A stretch of 64,000 nt of DNA from Ornithinimicrobium sp. (GTDB taxonomy: Bacteria > Actinomycetota > Actinomycetes > Actinomycetales > Dermatophilaceae): contig JBASAZ010000141.1 of the NCBI GenBank assembly GCA_049650845.1, positions 12,072 to 76,071 of the forward strand, read 5' to 3'. Position 1 is the stretch's first letter. Each line of letters opens with the position of its first letter. This document shows, piece after piece, positions 35,927 to 45,816 of the stretch. A program made the position numbers and the translations under genes. The notes beneath the pieces are model-generated. The model saw nothing but the letters and a program-made list of their open reading frames with translations. It was not told where the DNA came from and did no database searches.

Positions 35927-36964
35927 TTAGAAGTCGAAGTCGGCGATGTTGTCCGCGTTGAAGACGAACGGGTCGCCCAGCAGGACCACACTGTCGGCGC
36001 CAACCGTGTATTCCCCGAGGCGCCCTGCCTCGAAGGTGTCGCCTTCGTCACCGGCGATGGTGCCGCTGACGAGTGCCTCGGCGGTGAACGCCGCCAGGTA
36101 TCCGAGGTCGGCTGGGTTCCACAGGGCGAAGGCCTCGATGGTCCCGTCCTCGACGTATTCACGCAGCTGGTTGGGCGTGCCCAGACCGGTCAGGGCCACG
36201 TCCGCACTGGCGGTGTCGGACAGATAGCGCGCCGCGGCCGCGATGCCCACCGTGGTCGGTGAGACGATGCCGGCCAGGTCCGGGTGGGATTGCAGCAGGG
36301 CGGCCGTCTTGTCGAAGGACGCCTGATCGTCGTCGTCACCGTAGACGACCTCGACCAGCTCGACATCAGGGTGGTTGGCCGCCAGATCCTCCTTCATCAG
36401 GTCGATCCAGGTGTTCTGGTTGGTGGCGTTCGCGCTGGCCGACAGGATGGCGATCTCGCCTTCGTCGCCGATCTGTTCGGTGATCAGGTCGACCTGAGCC
36501 TGGGCGATGCCCTCGGGACTGGCCTGGTTGACGAACACATCGCGGAACTCCGGGTCGGTGTCGGAGTCGAAGGTGACCACCTTGGTGCCGGTGTCCCGTG
36601 CTTGGTTCAGGGCACTGCCGATCGCCGTCGGGTCGTTGGCCGAGACCACGAGCGCCGACACGCCTTGTTGAGCTGCGGTGTTGATGTACTGCACTTGTCC
36701 ATCCGGTGTCGCTTCCTGGGGCCCGACTTCTTCGAACGAGCCGCCGAACTCCTCGACCGCCTCCTTGCCACCTGCTGAGCTGGTGTCGAAATAGGGGTTG
36801 CCGAGGTTCTTGGGCAAGAAGGTCACGGTCACTTCCTCGCCCCCGTCACCGCCCGAGCCACCGGATCCCGACGCGCTGTCACTGTCGTCGCCGCCGCAGG
36901 CACTGAGCACCAAGGCGCTGCTCAACACGGCCGCAAGGGCACCTCTATGGGAGAAGAGCTTCAT
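35927..36964 (-). CDS. rhamnose ABC transporter substrate-binding lipoprotein
   Basis: 345-aa ORF. Lipobox LVLSAC followed by a Gly/Ser/Asp linker. Periplasmic-binding-protein type 1 fold pattern (FLPKNLGNPYF, VSANDP). Confidence 0.8.
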   Translation of the reverse strand: MKLFSHRGALAAVLSSALVLSACGGDDSDSASGSGGSGGDGGEEVTVTFLPKNLGNPYFDTSSAGGKEAVEEFGGSFEEVGPQEATPDGQVQYINTAAQQGVSALVVSANDPTAIGSALNQARDTGTKVVTFDSDTDPEFRDVFVNQASPEGIAQAQVDLITEQIGDEGEIAILSASANATNQNTWIDLMKEDLAANHPDVELVEVVYGDDDDQASFDKTAALLQSHPDLAGIVSPTTVGIAAAARYLSDTASADVALTGLGTPNQLREYVEDGTIEAFALWNPADLGYLAAFTAEALVSGTIAGDEGDTFEAGRLGEYTVGADSVVLLGDPFVFNADNIADFDF

Positions 36965-38019
36965 CGATCTACCTTTCCTTTGGTTGCGCTGTGCGCGCTG
37001 GGTGATGCGGGCGGCTGCCCGGAACTGCGTCGCCGGGACCGAAGACCCGACAAGCCCGATAAGACGCTGGGAGAAACCACCGAAGCCACCAGGAGCAGCC
37101 CGATGATGATGTTGATGATGTTGACGGTGATGCCTTCAAGGCGCAGCGCGCTGGAGATCACGCCGATCAGCAACACTCCCGCGATGACCCCGTGCAAGCG
37201 GCCTCGACCGCCGAAGATCGAGACTCCGCCGAGCAGCACGGCCGCAATGACCTGCAGCTCCAAGCCGGTCGCGTTGTCGCCGCGGGCACTACCGAAGCGC
37301 AGCGTGTAGTAGATCCCGGCCAGCGCCGAGACCACGCCGGCCAGGACGAACAGGATGAACTTGGTGCGGGCGACGTCGACACCGGTGAACCGGGCGGCTT
37401 CCTTGCTCAGTCCGATGTCGTAGACGCCGCGACCGAAGCCCGAGTAGTGCAGGAGCCACGTGAAGGCGGCCGCGAGGACCACGAACAACACCATGACCAC
37501 CGGAATGCCGGTGGTGCCGATCGTGTCGGTTGCCAGGTCGGTCCACGAGTCCGGGAACGACGTGACCGCCTTGGTGCCCAGCAGTCCGACGGCGACGCCG
37601 CGAAAGAGCGCCAGGGTCCCGATCGTGACGGCCAGTGACGGCAAGCCGAGGTAGGCCACCAGGAAACCGTTGAGCGCACCACACGCCAGACCGCCGAGCA
37701 GGGCCACCCCAGCGGCCACGACCATCGGTGCGCCGGCTTCGTAGAGCACTCCGGTCAACACCGAGGCCAACCCCACGACGCTGGCCACGGACAGGTCGAT
37801 CTCCCCGGTGGCGATGATCAACGTCATCGGCAACGCAATGAGCAGGATCGGGGTGACGTCCAGGAGCAAGAAGGTCAACGTCAGGGGACCGTCGAAGTTG
37901 CGCACGTTGACCAGCGCGTAGGCCACCACGATGAGGAGGAGGGCGATGACCGCCATCTCCCGGGTCACCAGCAATCGTCGCCACAGTGGATGGGCATGGT
38001 CGGCATACGTGGTGCTCAT
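36961..38019 (-). CDS. sugar (rhamnose) ABC transporter permease
   Basis: 352-aa polytopic ORF of the BPD_transp_2 (RbsC-like) type. 4-bp overlaps with both neighbouring genes. Confidence 0.8.
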   Translation of the reverse strand: MSTTYADHAHPLWRRLLVTREMAVIALLLIVVAYALVNVRNFDGPLTLTFLLLDVTPILLIALPMTLIIATGEIDLSVASVVGLASVLTGVLYEAGAPMVVAAGVALLGGLACGALNGFLVAYLGLPSLAVTIGTLALFRGVAVGLLGTKAVTSFPDSWTDLATDTIGTTGIPVVMVLFVVLAAAFTWLLHYSGFGRGVYDIGLSKEAARFTGVDVARTKFILFVLAGVVSALAGIYYTLRFGSARGDNATGLELQVIAAVLLGGVSIFGGRGRLHGVIAGVLLIGVISSALRLEGITVNIINIIIGLLLVASVVSPSVLSGLSGLRSRRRSSGQPPASPSAHSATKGKVDR

Positions 38020-39008
38020 GAGCGGTTCCCCGCATTCTCTAGTCGGCGAGCATTGCGGGTGGCGAGCACGCGGTCCAGCACGATGGCCCCGATGATCAGG
38101 GCTCCGACGACGGCGCGTTGCCAGAAGTCCGGGATGCCCAGGATGGGCAACGCCCGGTTGATCGTGACCAAGAGCACGGCTCCGATCGCCGCCCCCCAGA
38201 CCGTGCCGCTGCCGCCGAAGATGGCGACTCCGCCAATCACGACTGCGGCCACGGCTTCCAGTTCCATCCCGCTGCCCGCACCGGAGGACACCGTCCCGTA
38301 GCGAGCGGCATACAAGACCCCGGCCAGGCCTGCCAACGCACCGCTGAGCACGAAGGCCGTCAAAATGCGCCGCCTGACCGGCAACCCGTAGAGGACCGCA
38401 GCCTCGGGGTCTGAGCCGATGGCATACAGCTCGCGGCCACTTCGGTGCTGGTGCAGGTGGTAACCCACTGCGGCCACCACGAGCAGCGAAATGAGGGTGA
38501 GAACCGGGATGGTGAACACCGTCCGGGTGCCGAGGTCCAAGAAGCCGTCCGGAAGGTCGGAGGCGTTGATCCGGTCACTTCCGGCCCAGGTCAGCGCGAC
38601 CCCGCGGTAGATGTAGAGCGTGCCGAGGGTGATCACCAGGGCCGGAACGCGCGCATAGGAGACGAGAGCGCCGTTGATCAGTCCCAGGACGGCGCCCACG
38701 GCGACCCCGGCCGCGATCACCGCGATCACCGGTATCCCCGGCATGTCGATGAACAGCCGCCCGGTGAGGTATGCGGTCAGGCCGAGAACCGACCCGACGG
38801 AGAGGTCGACGTTGCGGGTGATGATCACCACGGCCTGGCCTGCGGCCAGGAGCAGCAGGAGGAACGGCGTCAGCAGCAGGTCTCGCCAACTTGCGCTGGC
38901 GAACAGGAAGGACGGAGTGCGGATCGTGGCCGCACCGATGACCAACAGCAGGACGGCCAGAATCGACATCTCACGGGATCGCAGCACCCGGGCCACAGCC
39001 GACCCCAT
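38016..39008 (-). CDS. sugar (rhamnose) ABC transporter permease
   Basis: 330-aa polytopic RbsC-like ORF. 1-bp overlap with the ATPase gene stop. Confidence 0.8.
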   Translation of the reverse strand: MGSAVARVLRSREMSILAVLLLVIGAATIRTPSFLFASASWRDLLLTPFLLLLLAAGQAVVIITRNVDLSVGSVLGLTAYLTGRLFIDMPGIPVIAVIAAGVAVGAVLGLINGALVSYARVPALVITLGTLYIYRGVALTWAGSDRINASDLPDGFLDLGTRTVFTIPVLTLISLLVVAAVGYHLHQHRSGRELYAIGSDPEAAVLYGLPVRRRILTAFVLSGALAGLAGVLYAARYGTVSSGAGSGMELEAVAAVVIGGVAIFGGSGTVWGAAIGAVLLVTINRALPILGIPDFWQRAVVGALIIGAIVLDRVLATRNARRLENAGNRS

Positions 39009-40537
39009 CAGGCGACCTTCGCCTGTCGAGTTGCGGCGGCCATCACGTTCTCGGCGGTGGCGTCCTCGCGTGGGATATCCGCGGTCACCCTGCCTTCACA
39101 GACCACCAGCACCCGGTCCGCCATACCTAAGACCTCGGGCAGCTCGGAGGAGATCATCAGGATCGCCATTCCCCGCCCCGCGAGGTCTGAGAGGAGGCGA
39201 TGCACCTCCGCCTTGGTGCCGACGTCGATGCCCCGGGTGGGCTCATCGATGATGAGCAGCCGCGGGTCCGTAGCCAGCCACTTGGCGATGACCACTTTCT
39301 GCTGGTTTCCACCGCTCATCGTGCTGGCGCCCATGTCCAGCGCCGAGGTCTTGACCTGCAACGTCGCGGCCCATGGTGCCGCTGCTCGACTTTCGGCCCG
39401 GGCGGTCAGCCATCCCCGGCGGGCCAGGGAACCCCGGATCGCCGCGGCCACGTTTCGAGCCACTGAGGCTTCGGTGACCAAGCCCTGCTGGCGTCGATCC
39501 TCCGGGACCAACGCCATTCCGGCGGCAATCGCCGCTCCTGGACGGTGGCGCGGGACCTCTTCCCCGCCGAGGGCGACCGAGCCGTGGTCGTATCGGTCGA
39601 TGCCGAACACTGCCCGGGCGATCTCGCTGCGACCCGCCCCGACCAGTCCGGCCAGCGCCACGATCTCACCGGACCGGACCTCAAAACTCACGTCCCTGAA
39701 CACTCCGGTCGAGGCCAGATCGTGCACACTCAACACGACCTCACCGATGTCGGCCGGCGTCTTGGGGAACAGGTCGCCGACCTCGCGACCCACCATCGCG
39801 GAGACCATGTCCTCGACTGAGGTCTCCTCGGTCGCCGAGGTGCTGACGAACTCTCCGTCGCGCATCACGGTGATCGTGTCGCACAGGTCGAACACTTCAT
39901 CGAAACGATGCGAGACGAAGACCAGCGCCCGTCCCTCATCGCGCAGACTGCGGGCCACGGCGAACAACTGTTCAACCTCAACGCCGCTCAACGCGGCAGT
40001 CGGCTCGTCCATCACCAGCAGCCGGGCGTCCAACGAAATCGCCTTGGCGATCTCGATGATCTGTTGGTCGGCGATCGACAGGCCCAACGCCGGACGACCC
40101 GGGTCGATCTGCACGCCGAGACGCTCGAACAGGTCCACGGCGCTGCGATGCATCGCGGCGCGGTCCACCCGTCGGCCGCGGCCGACGGGCTGACGCCCCA
40201 TGAAGATGTTCTCGGTCACCGACAGGTCTGGGAAGAGCGTCGGTTCTTGATAGATCACGGCTACCCCGGCTGCTTTGGACTCGGCCGTCGAGCCAAAATC
40301 CACCGACTCACCCCCGAGCGTGAACTCCCCCGCATCTCGACGGTGCACCCCAGCAATCACTTTGATCAGGGTGGACTTTCCGGCACCGTTCTCGCCGACC
40401 AACGCGTGAATCGACCCCGGATGCACCACCAGGTCGGCGGAGGCGAGCGCGACGACGGCTCCGAACCGCTTGGCGACTCGACGCATACTCAGCGTTGCCT
40501 CGCCCGGCTCGTCCCGGACGGTGGTTGACATAGCCAC
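39008..40537 (-). CDS. sugar (rhamnose) ABC transporter ATP-binding protein (duplicated ABC domains)
   Basis: 509-aa ORF. GTG start with GGAGG 7 nt upstream. Walker A GENGAGKST and GLVGAGRSE, signature MSGGNQQKV, Walker B LLIIDEPTRGID. Confidence 0.85.
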   Translation of the reverse strand: MAMSTTVRDEPGEATLSMRRVAKRFGAVVALASADLVVHPGSIHALVGENGAGKSTLIKVIAGVHRRDAGEFTLGGESVDFGSTAESKAAGVAVIYQEPTLFPDLSVTENIFMGRQPVGRGRRVDRAAMHRSAVDLFERLGVQIDPGRPALGLSIADQQIIEIAKAISLDARLLVMDEPTAALSGVEVEQLFAVARSLRDEGRALVFVSHRFDEVFDLCDTITVMRDGEFVSTSATEETSVEDMVSAMVGREVGDLFPKTPADIGEVVLSVHDLASTGVFRDVSFEVRSGEIVALAGLVGAGRSEIARAVFGIDRYDHGSVALGGEEVPRHRPGAAIAAGMALVPEDRRQQGLVTEASVARNVAAAIRGSLARRGWLTARAESRAAAPWAATLQVKTSALDMGASTMSGGNQQKVVIAKWLATDPRLLIIDEPTRGIDVGTKAEVHRLLSDLAGRGMAILMISSELPEVLGMADRVLVVCEGRVTADIPREDATAENVMAAATRQAKVA

Positions 40538-40551
40538 GTTGCTACCTCCAA

Positions 40552-40565
40552 TTGAAACGTTACAA
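40552..40565. promoter_or_regulatory. LacI-family operator TTGAAAC|GTTACAA just upstream of the ABC operon SD
   Basis: 12/14 palindrome with a central CG. Located 3 nt upstream of the GGAGG of the ATPase gene, in the divergent region shared with the LacI regulator. A CGTTTCAA half-site also occurs at 40689-40696. Confidence 0.5.
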
Positions 40566-40706
40566 GAACGTGGGACAGACAGTACAAGTCCCCACGGAGG
40601 GCGTCAAGGCCCTTGAGGCGGCAAAAGCCTCGTGCGAAGATAGGCCCTATCTGGGGTCCACCAGTCATCCGCGCGTCAGTGACTATTTCGTTTCAAGGAG
40701 ATGCTC

Positions 40707-41753
40707 ATGACGCAGCCGACCGACTCTGCTGCGGCCGACCCGTCCGTGGTGGGGGTCAAGCAGGTGGCTGCCGCAGCCGGCGTGTCGTTGGGCACGGTGT
40801 CCAACGTCCTGAACCGGCCGGACGTCGTCAGCGCCGCGACGAAGGCCCGGGTCGAACAGGCGATTCGCGATCTGGGCTTCGTTCGCAACGAGTCAGCACG
40901 ACAGCTGCGCGCGGGCCAAAGCCAGGTCTTGGCCTACCTGATGCTGGACGCGGGCAACCCCTTCTTCACCGACGTTGCCCGTGGGATCGAGCAGACCGCG
41001 CAAGAACACTCGCTGTCACTCTTCCTCTGCAACAGCAACCACAGTCCGCAGCGGGAGCAGAACTACTTGAGTCGACTGCGCGAGCAGCGGGTCCAGGGAA
41101 TCCTGATCACCCCGGTGGACCCACACTCGCCCGCCTTGTCGGAGGTCAGCCGCAGCGGGATACCGCTGGTGATCCTCGACCGAGCCGGCGGCGAGGGTCA
41201 CTGCTCGGTGTCGGTTGATGACGTGCACGGGGGGCGACTGGCCCTGGAGCACTTGCTGGATCTGGGCCACCACCGGATCGCCTTCGTCGGCGGGCCGGAG
41301 AGCCTGGGGCAGGTGCACGATCGGCGACAGGGAGCACTCGCCGCCGTGGCCGACCACCGGGGCGATGGGGCGGCGATCACCGAGATCCCCACCGCGTCGA
41401 TGACGGTTGCCGAAGGCCGCAGCGCCGGTCAGCGCATCGCCGGCATTCCGCGTGATCGTCGGCCCACCGCGGCGTTCTGCGCCAATGACCTGCTGGCGCT
41501 CGGACTCCTGCAGCAATGCGTCACGTTCGGCATCCGCGTGCCCCAGGACATGGCGATCGTCGGCTACGACGATATCGAGTTCGCCGCGGCTGCGGCCGTG
41601 CCGCTGACCTCCGTGCGTCAACCACGCACCGACCTGGGCCGCACCGCTGCCCGCCTTCTGCTCGATGAGGCGAACAACCGTGAGCACGCTCACCAGCAGA
41701 TCGTCTTCACCCCCACGATCATCGTTCGGCAGTCGACCCTCGGCCGCGGTTGA
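40707..41753 (+). CDS. LacI family transcriptional regulator (rhamnose regulon repressor candidate)
   Basis: ORF 40701..41753. The second ATG (40707) sits 6 nt after AAGGAG. HTH VKQVAAAAGVSLGTVSNVLNRPDVV plus a periplasmic-binding-like effector domain. Confidence 0.85.
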   Translation: MTQPTDSAAADPSVVGVKQVAAAAGVSLGTVSNVLNRPDVVSAATKARVEQAIRDLGFVRNESARQLRAGQSQVLAYLMLDAGNPFFTDVARGIEQTAQEHSLSLFLCNSNHSPQREQNYLSRLREQRVQGILITPVDPHSPALSEVSRSGIPLVILDRAGGEGHCSVSVDDVHGGRLALEHLLDLGHHRIAFVGGPESLGQVHDRRQGALAAVADHRGDGAAITEIPTASMTVAEGRSAGQRIAGIPRDRRPTAAFCANDLLALGLLQQCVTFGIRVPQDMAIVGYDDIEFAAAAAVPLTSVRQPRTDLGRTAARLLLDEANNREHAHQQIVFTPTIIVRQSTLGRG

Positions 41754-41841
41754 GCACACCACCCGTCACGAGGACGGCATATTTCACGTCAGTATCGTCA
41801 TGGACAAGGCCGCGCGTGATGGGACGTGTCCGAATGGGAAC

Positions 41842-42558
41842 CTACGGCGAGGTGTTGATGATGAGACCGATGTGGGTGAAGTAGTTCAGTGCGCCGAAGC
41901 CGGCAAAGGCCACGCCTGCCACGGCCCAGGACACGCCGACGATGAGGGCGGTTGTTCGCTGAGCGTCGCGCACCGCGAGGGGAAGCAGGACGCAACCCAA
42001 GCCCGTCAACGAATAGAGACCGGCGATGAAGGTGATTTCCACCCACGGCCACTGGGCGAAATATCCGGAGATGGGCTCCTGAGGTGGAGCGACCCACAAC
42101 TGATACCACACACCGGCAGCGGCGATCGCGAAGCACGCCAGCCCGATGAAGACGCTGAGCACCGATGTCGGGCCCATCAGCCGCGCAATGGCGGGATACC
42201 TTTGGGGACTGGGCACGCTGAGTATGGGCGCATTACGGATCAGGATGGCCGTGGCACCCAACAGAACGACACCAAAGACCAAGGCGGGTTCGCCGAAGAT
42301 GATGTTGTCGAAGGCGAACCCGATCGGTGCCAGAGGCCACGTCAAGGTCATGTGCAGTCCGGTGGTGGTCAGCAGTGCTCCGAGGATGCCGAAAGCCAGC
42401 GCGAAGCCCTCGACCCCGACCTCCTCATCTCGTCGTAGTCGCCGACCCACGTCGACGATCAGCAACAAGCCGACGCCGGCGGTCAGAGACATCACCGTGT
42501 TGTAGGTAGGGCCGCTGGCCCAGTCGATCGTGAGGTCTTGCACCGGCAATGTGGTCAC
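41842..42558 (-). CDS. polytopic membrane protein of unknown function (possibly DUF981 family)
   Basis: 238-aa ORF with about 7 hydrophobic segments and a GTG start. The family assignment is from memory only. Confidence 0.5.
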   Translation of the reverse strand: MTTLPVQDLTIDWASGPTYNTVMSLTAGVGLLLIVDVGRRLRRDEEVGVEGFALAFGILGALLTTTGLHMTLTWPLAPIGFAFDNIIFGEPALVFGVVLLGATAILIRNAPILSVPSPQRYPAIARLMGPTSVLSVFIGLACFAIAAAGVWYQLWVAPPQEPISGYFAQWPWVEITFIAGLYSLTGLGCVLLPLAVRDAQRTTALIVGVSWAVAGVAFAGFGALNYFTHIGLIINTSP

Positions 42559-42623
42559 CGCCAGACGCTAACCTAGGATCGACCGTCGTGCCTGCCCTCT
42601 CCTTCCCCTCACGGCATCCGGGG

Positions 42624-44405
42624 ATGGGCGCTACCCCCCACGACAGTGGCGTGACCTTCCGGGTGTGGGCGCCGAACGCGCGCAACGTCGCGGTGACCGG
42701 GGACTTCTCCGGGTGGGACCCGGCCTACAAACGGCGTTTGCACCGCGACAGTGCCCAGTCCGGCACGTGGTCCGCGTTTGTGCCGGGGGCCAACCCGGGC
42801 AACGAATATCGGTTTCTGATCCGCAGCGGCGGACCGTATCGCTCCCGGATCGATCCCGTCGCCCGGCAGGTCACCCACTCCGACGGGAACGCCGTGGTCT
42901 TCGACCCGCGTTCCCTGGACTGGGAGCGGGATGACTTCGTGATGCCCAAGTGGGATGAGCTGGTCATCTACGAACTGCACATCCCCACGTTCGCCGCCGA
43001 TGGCTGGCGCGCCGGCACCTTCGACCGGGCCATCGAGCGGCTCGATCACCTCGCCTGGCTGGGGATCAACGCGGTCGAAGTCATGCCGCCGTTCGCGTTC
43101 GCCGGGCCGATCAGCTGGGGATATAACCCCGCGCACCTGTTCGCGATCGAGCCCTCCTACGGCGGCCCGCACGCCTTCGCCCGCTTCGTCCAGGCTGCCC
43201 ACGCCCGTGGGATCGCCGTCATTCTCGACGTGGTCTACAACCACCTGGGGCCCGGTGACCTCCACCTATGGCGCCTCGACGGTGGAAGGAACCGGCGTTA
43301 CGGCGGCAGCTACTTCTACAACGACCGCCGTGCGCTGACCCCGTGGGGCGCCACCCGCCCCAACTACGAACGCAAACATGTGCGCAACTATCTGCGGGAC
43401 TCGGCGGTGATGTGGCTCGAGGACTTCAGGGTCGACGGCCTGCGCTTCGACGCGACCCAGTACATCCGCTCGCGGTGGGGCAATGTGCATGACCATGGCC
43501 AGCGGATCGCGGCTGGACACCGATTTCTTGCCTCGTTGACCGCCGACATCCGCTCCCGGCAACCGTGGAAGATGCTGATCGCCGAGGATATGCAAGGCGA
43601 CGCGACCATCACCAGGCCCAGCGATCGGGGTGGACTCGGCTTTCACTCGCAGTGGGACGCGGGGTTCGTGCACCCGGTCCGCGCTGCGTTGGAAGCTCCA
43701 TACGACGAGGACCGCGACGTGTATGCCGTGGCCCACGCCGTCCTCGGACACGGCTTGGGCGCGCCCCACGAGCGGGTCATCTACACCGAGTCGCACGACG
43801 AAGTCGCCAACGGCCGCAGTCGCGTCCCCGAGTCGATCGTCCCGGGTGCGGCCGATTCGTGGCACGCCCGCACCCGCGCCGCCCTCGGGCTCGTGCTGAC
43901 CTTGACCTCCCCCGGTGTGCCGCTGCTCTTTCAGGGCCAGGACTTCCTCGAGGACCGCTGGTTCGATGACCAGACCCCGCTGGACTGGAGCAAGGCTCAC
44001 CGCCACCCGGGGTTCTTGCACCTCGCGCGCCAGCTCATCGCCTTGCGCCGCAACCTCTCGGGAGTCACCGGCGGCCTCCTCGGACGGCATACCCACGTGA
44101 TCCGTGTGGACAACGGTCGCAAGGTTCTCGCCTATCACCGCTGGTCGGACGGCGGCCCACGCGACGACACCGTCGTGGTGGTGAACCTTGGCACGCACCC
44201 CGTGTGGGGTTATCCGCTGGGACTTCCACGGCCGGGACGCTGGCGGGTGCGCTGCAACACTGATGCGTCGATGTTCGGGCCCGGTCTGGGCACCGTTCAC
44301 GCGAGCGACCTCGACACCGAACCGCACGGGTGCGATGGCTATCCACGGCACGCGAAGCTGACGATCGGTCCCTACGCCGCCGTGGTGTACTCCCAGGATG
44401 CGTAG
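42624..44405 (+). CDS. GH13 alpha-amylase-family enzyme with an N-terminal CBM48/E-set domain (short glucan-branching-enzyme-like)
   Basis: ORF 42549..44405 trimmed to ATG 42624, because the longer form would overlap the divergent gene. FRVWAPNARNVAVTGDFSGW. GH13 regions VILDVVYNHLGP, VDGLRFDATQYI, LIAEDMQGD, YTESHDEVANG. Confidence 0.8.
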   Translation: MGATPHDSGVTFRVWAPNARNVAVTGDFSGWDPAYKRRLHRDSAQSGTWSAFVPGANPGNEYRFLIRSGGPYRSRIDPVARQVTHSDGNAVVFDPRSLDWERDDFVMPKWDELVIYELHIPTFAADGWRAGTFDRAIERLDHLAWLGINAVEVMPPFAFAGPISWGYNPAHLFAIEPSYGGPHAFARFVQAAHARGIAVILDVVYNHLGPGDLHLWRLDGGRNRRYGGSYFYNDRRALTPWGATRPNYERKHVRNYLRDSAVMWLEDFRVDGLRFDATQYIRSRWGNVHDHGQRIAAGHRFLASLTADIRSRQPWKMLIAEDMQGDATITRPSDRGGLGFHSQWDAGFVHPVRAALEAPYDEDRDVYAVAHAVLGHGLGAPHERVIYTESHDEVANGRSRVPESIVPGAADSWHARTRAALGLVLTLTSPGVPLLFQGQDFLEDRWFDDQTPLDWSKAHRHPGFLHLARQLIALRRNLSGVTGGLLGRHTHVIRVDNGRKVLAYHRWSDGGPRDDTVVVVNLGTHPVWGYPLGLPRPGRWRVRCNTDASMFGPGLGTVHASDLDTEPHGCDGYPRHAKLTIGPYAAVVYSQDA

Positions 44406-44424
44406 GGCCTAGCGGGCATAGCCG

Positions 44425-44496
44425 TCGCGTTGGTTAGTTGAGCCGCGTTGGTCAGGTGAAGCGCGTTGGTTAGGTGAGGCGCGTTGGTCAGTTGAG
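44425..44496. repeat. 4 x 18-bp perfect-period tandem repeat (consensus CGCGTTGGTYAGKTGARN) filling the convergent intergenic region and including the DUF1499 stop codon
   Basis: Units start at 44426, 44444, 44462 and 44480. Read on the minus strand in the DUF1499 frame they give LN*PTR / LT*PTR / FT*PTR / LN*PTR. Confidence 0.9.
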
Positions 44497-45018
44497 CAGG
44501 TCTTGCGTCTCGTGCATCCAGCGGCGCACCCGCTTCTCGTTGACACCGAGGTCGCCCGACCCGTAGCGAGCCCGCGACATGATGGCCAGCGTCGAGCGGT
44601 CCGCGTCCACCTCCACGAAGCGCACCGAGACGTAGTCGGGGTATCCCATCAGAGCGCTGCGCTGCACGTAGGTCACGAAGCCCTCGGCAGCTGACCCGGC
44701 CAGCACCGTGACCCTGCCGTCGCCGGTGGCCACCTCGTCGAAAGCCGTCTCCAGCTCGGCGACCGGCACGTCGAAGACCGGTGAGGTGCCTTCGCGGTCC
44801 ACGACGGCGCTCCGGTCAGCGCCCGGTGGGGTGAGGCGAAACCAGTTCGGGCTTTCCGGGGCCTGCACGGTCAACGGATCCTGGTGCCATTGCCCCGGAT
44901 CGTTCGGAGCCAGCCTGATCCCCACCGAGACGGACACTGCGGCGAGGGACAGGACAGCGATCGGGAGGGCAACCATCAACCCCACGGTACGGCGACGAGG
45001 GCGGCGCGGTGACGGCAT
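44488..45018 (-). CDS. DUF1499 domain-containing protein with an N-terminal membrane anchor
   Basis: 176-aa ORF. Basic N-terminus plus TM (VGLMVALPIAVLSLAAVSV). C-terminal MSRARYGSGDLGVNEKRVRRW, typical of DUF1499. Confidence 0.65.
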   Translation of the reverse strand: MPSPRRPRRRTVGLMVALPIAVLSLAAVSVSVGIRLAPNDPGQWHQDPLTVQAPESPNWFRLTPPGADRSAVVDREGTSPVFDVPVAELETAFDEVATGDGRVTVLAGSAAEGFVTYVQRSALMGYPDYVSVRFVEVDADRSTLAIMSRARYGSGDLGVNEKRVRRWMHETQDLLN

Positions 45019-45030
45019 ACCTCGTGGACC

Positions 45031-45816
45031 TTACTCGCCGAGGGGGTTGAGGATTCGATCCAAGAACTGCCGGGTGCGCGCATGCTTGGGGTTGCTGAAC
45101 ATCTGCGCCGGGGCCGATGACTCCAACACCACGCCGCCGTCCATGAACACGACTTGGTCGGCCACGGCCCGCGCGAACGACACCTCGTGGGTCACGACGA
45201 CCATCGTCCACCCCTCGTCGGCCAGCTCCTTCATGACGGCCAGGACATCCCCGACCAGCTCCGGGTCCAGCGCCGAGGTTGGTTCGTCAAAGAGCAGGAC
45301 ATCTGGTTTCAGCGCCAGCGCCCGCACGATGCCTACTCGCTGCTGCTGGCCGCCGGAGAGCTGGAACGGATAGACATCACGCTTCGCGAATAGCCCGACG
45401 CGCTGCAACAAGGCATCCGCCTGCTCGACGGCCACCGCCTTGGGCACCTTTTGCACCTGCACCGGGCCCTCGATGACGTTCTGCAACACCGTCATATGCG
45501 GAAACAAGTTGTGCTGCTGGAAGACCATGGCCGACTGGTCACGCAGCGCGGTGCGCTCGGACTTCTTCTGCGGCTTGGAGAAGTCGAAACTCGGCCCTCC
45601 ACTGAACCTGATCGTCCCTCCATCGGGGCTCTCCAGGCTGTTCAGGGAGCGCAAGACAGTCGTCTTGCCGGAACCGCTGGGGCCCATCAGCACCACGACC
45701 TGGCCCTTGCGGACGGTCAGGTCGATCGAGGTCAACACCTCCAAGTCACCAAAACTCTTGCTCAGGCCTTGGACGTCAAACAGGACATCGCTCGGACCCA
45801 CGTCATTTCGCGACAT
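45031..45816 (-). CDS. amino acid ABC transporter ATP-binding protein
   Basis: ORF 45031..45852 trimmed to ATG 45816, a 14-bp overlap with the permease gene. [31 protein letters not shown]. Confidence 0.85.
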   Translation of the reverse strand: MSRNDVGPSDVLFDVQGLSKSFGDLEVLTSIDLTVRKGQVVVLMGPSGSGKTTVLRSLNSLESPDGGTIRFSGGPSFDFSKPQKKSERTALRDQSAMVFQQHNLFPHMTVLQNVIEGPVQVQKVPKAVAVEQADALLQRVGLFAKRDVYPFQLSGGQQQRVGIVRALALKPDVLLFDEPTSALDPELVGDVLAVMKELADEGWTMVVVTHEVSFARAVADQVVFMDGGVVLESSAPAQMFSNPKHARTRQFLDRILNPLGE

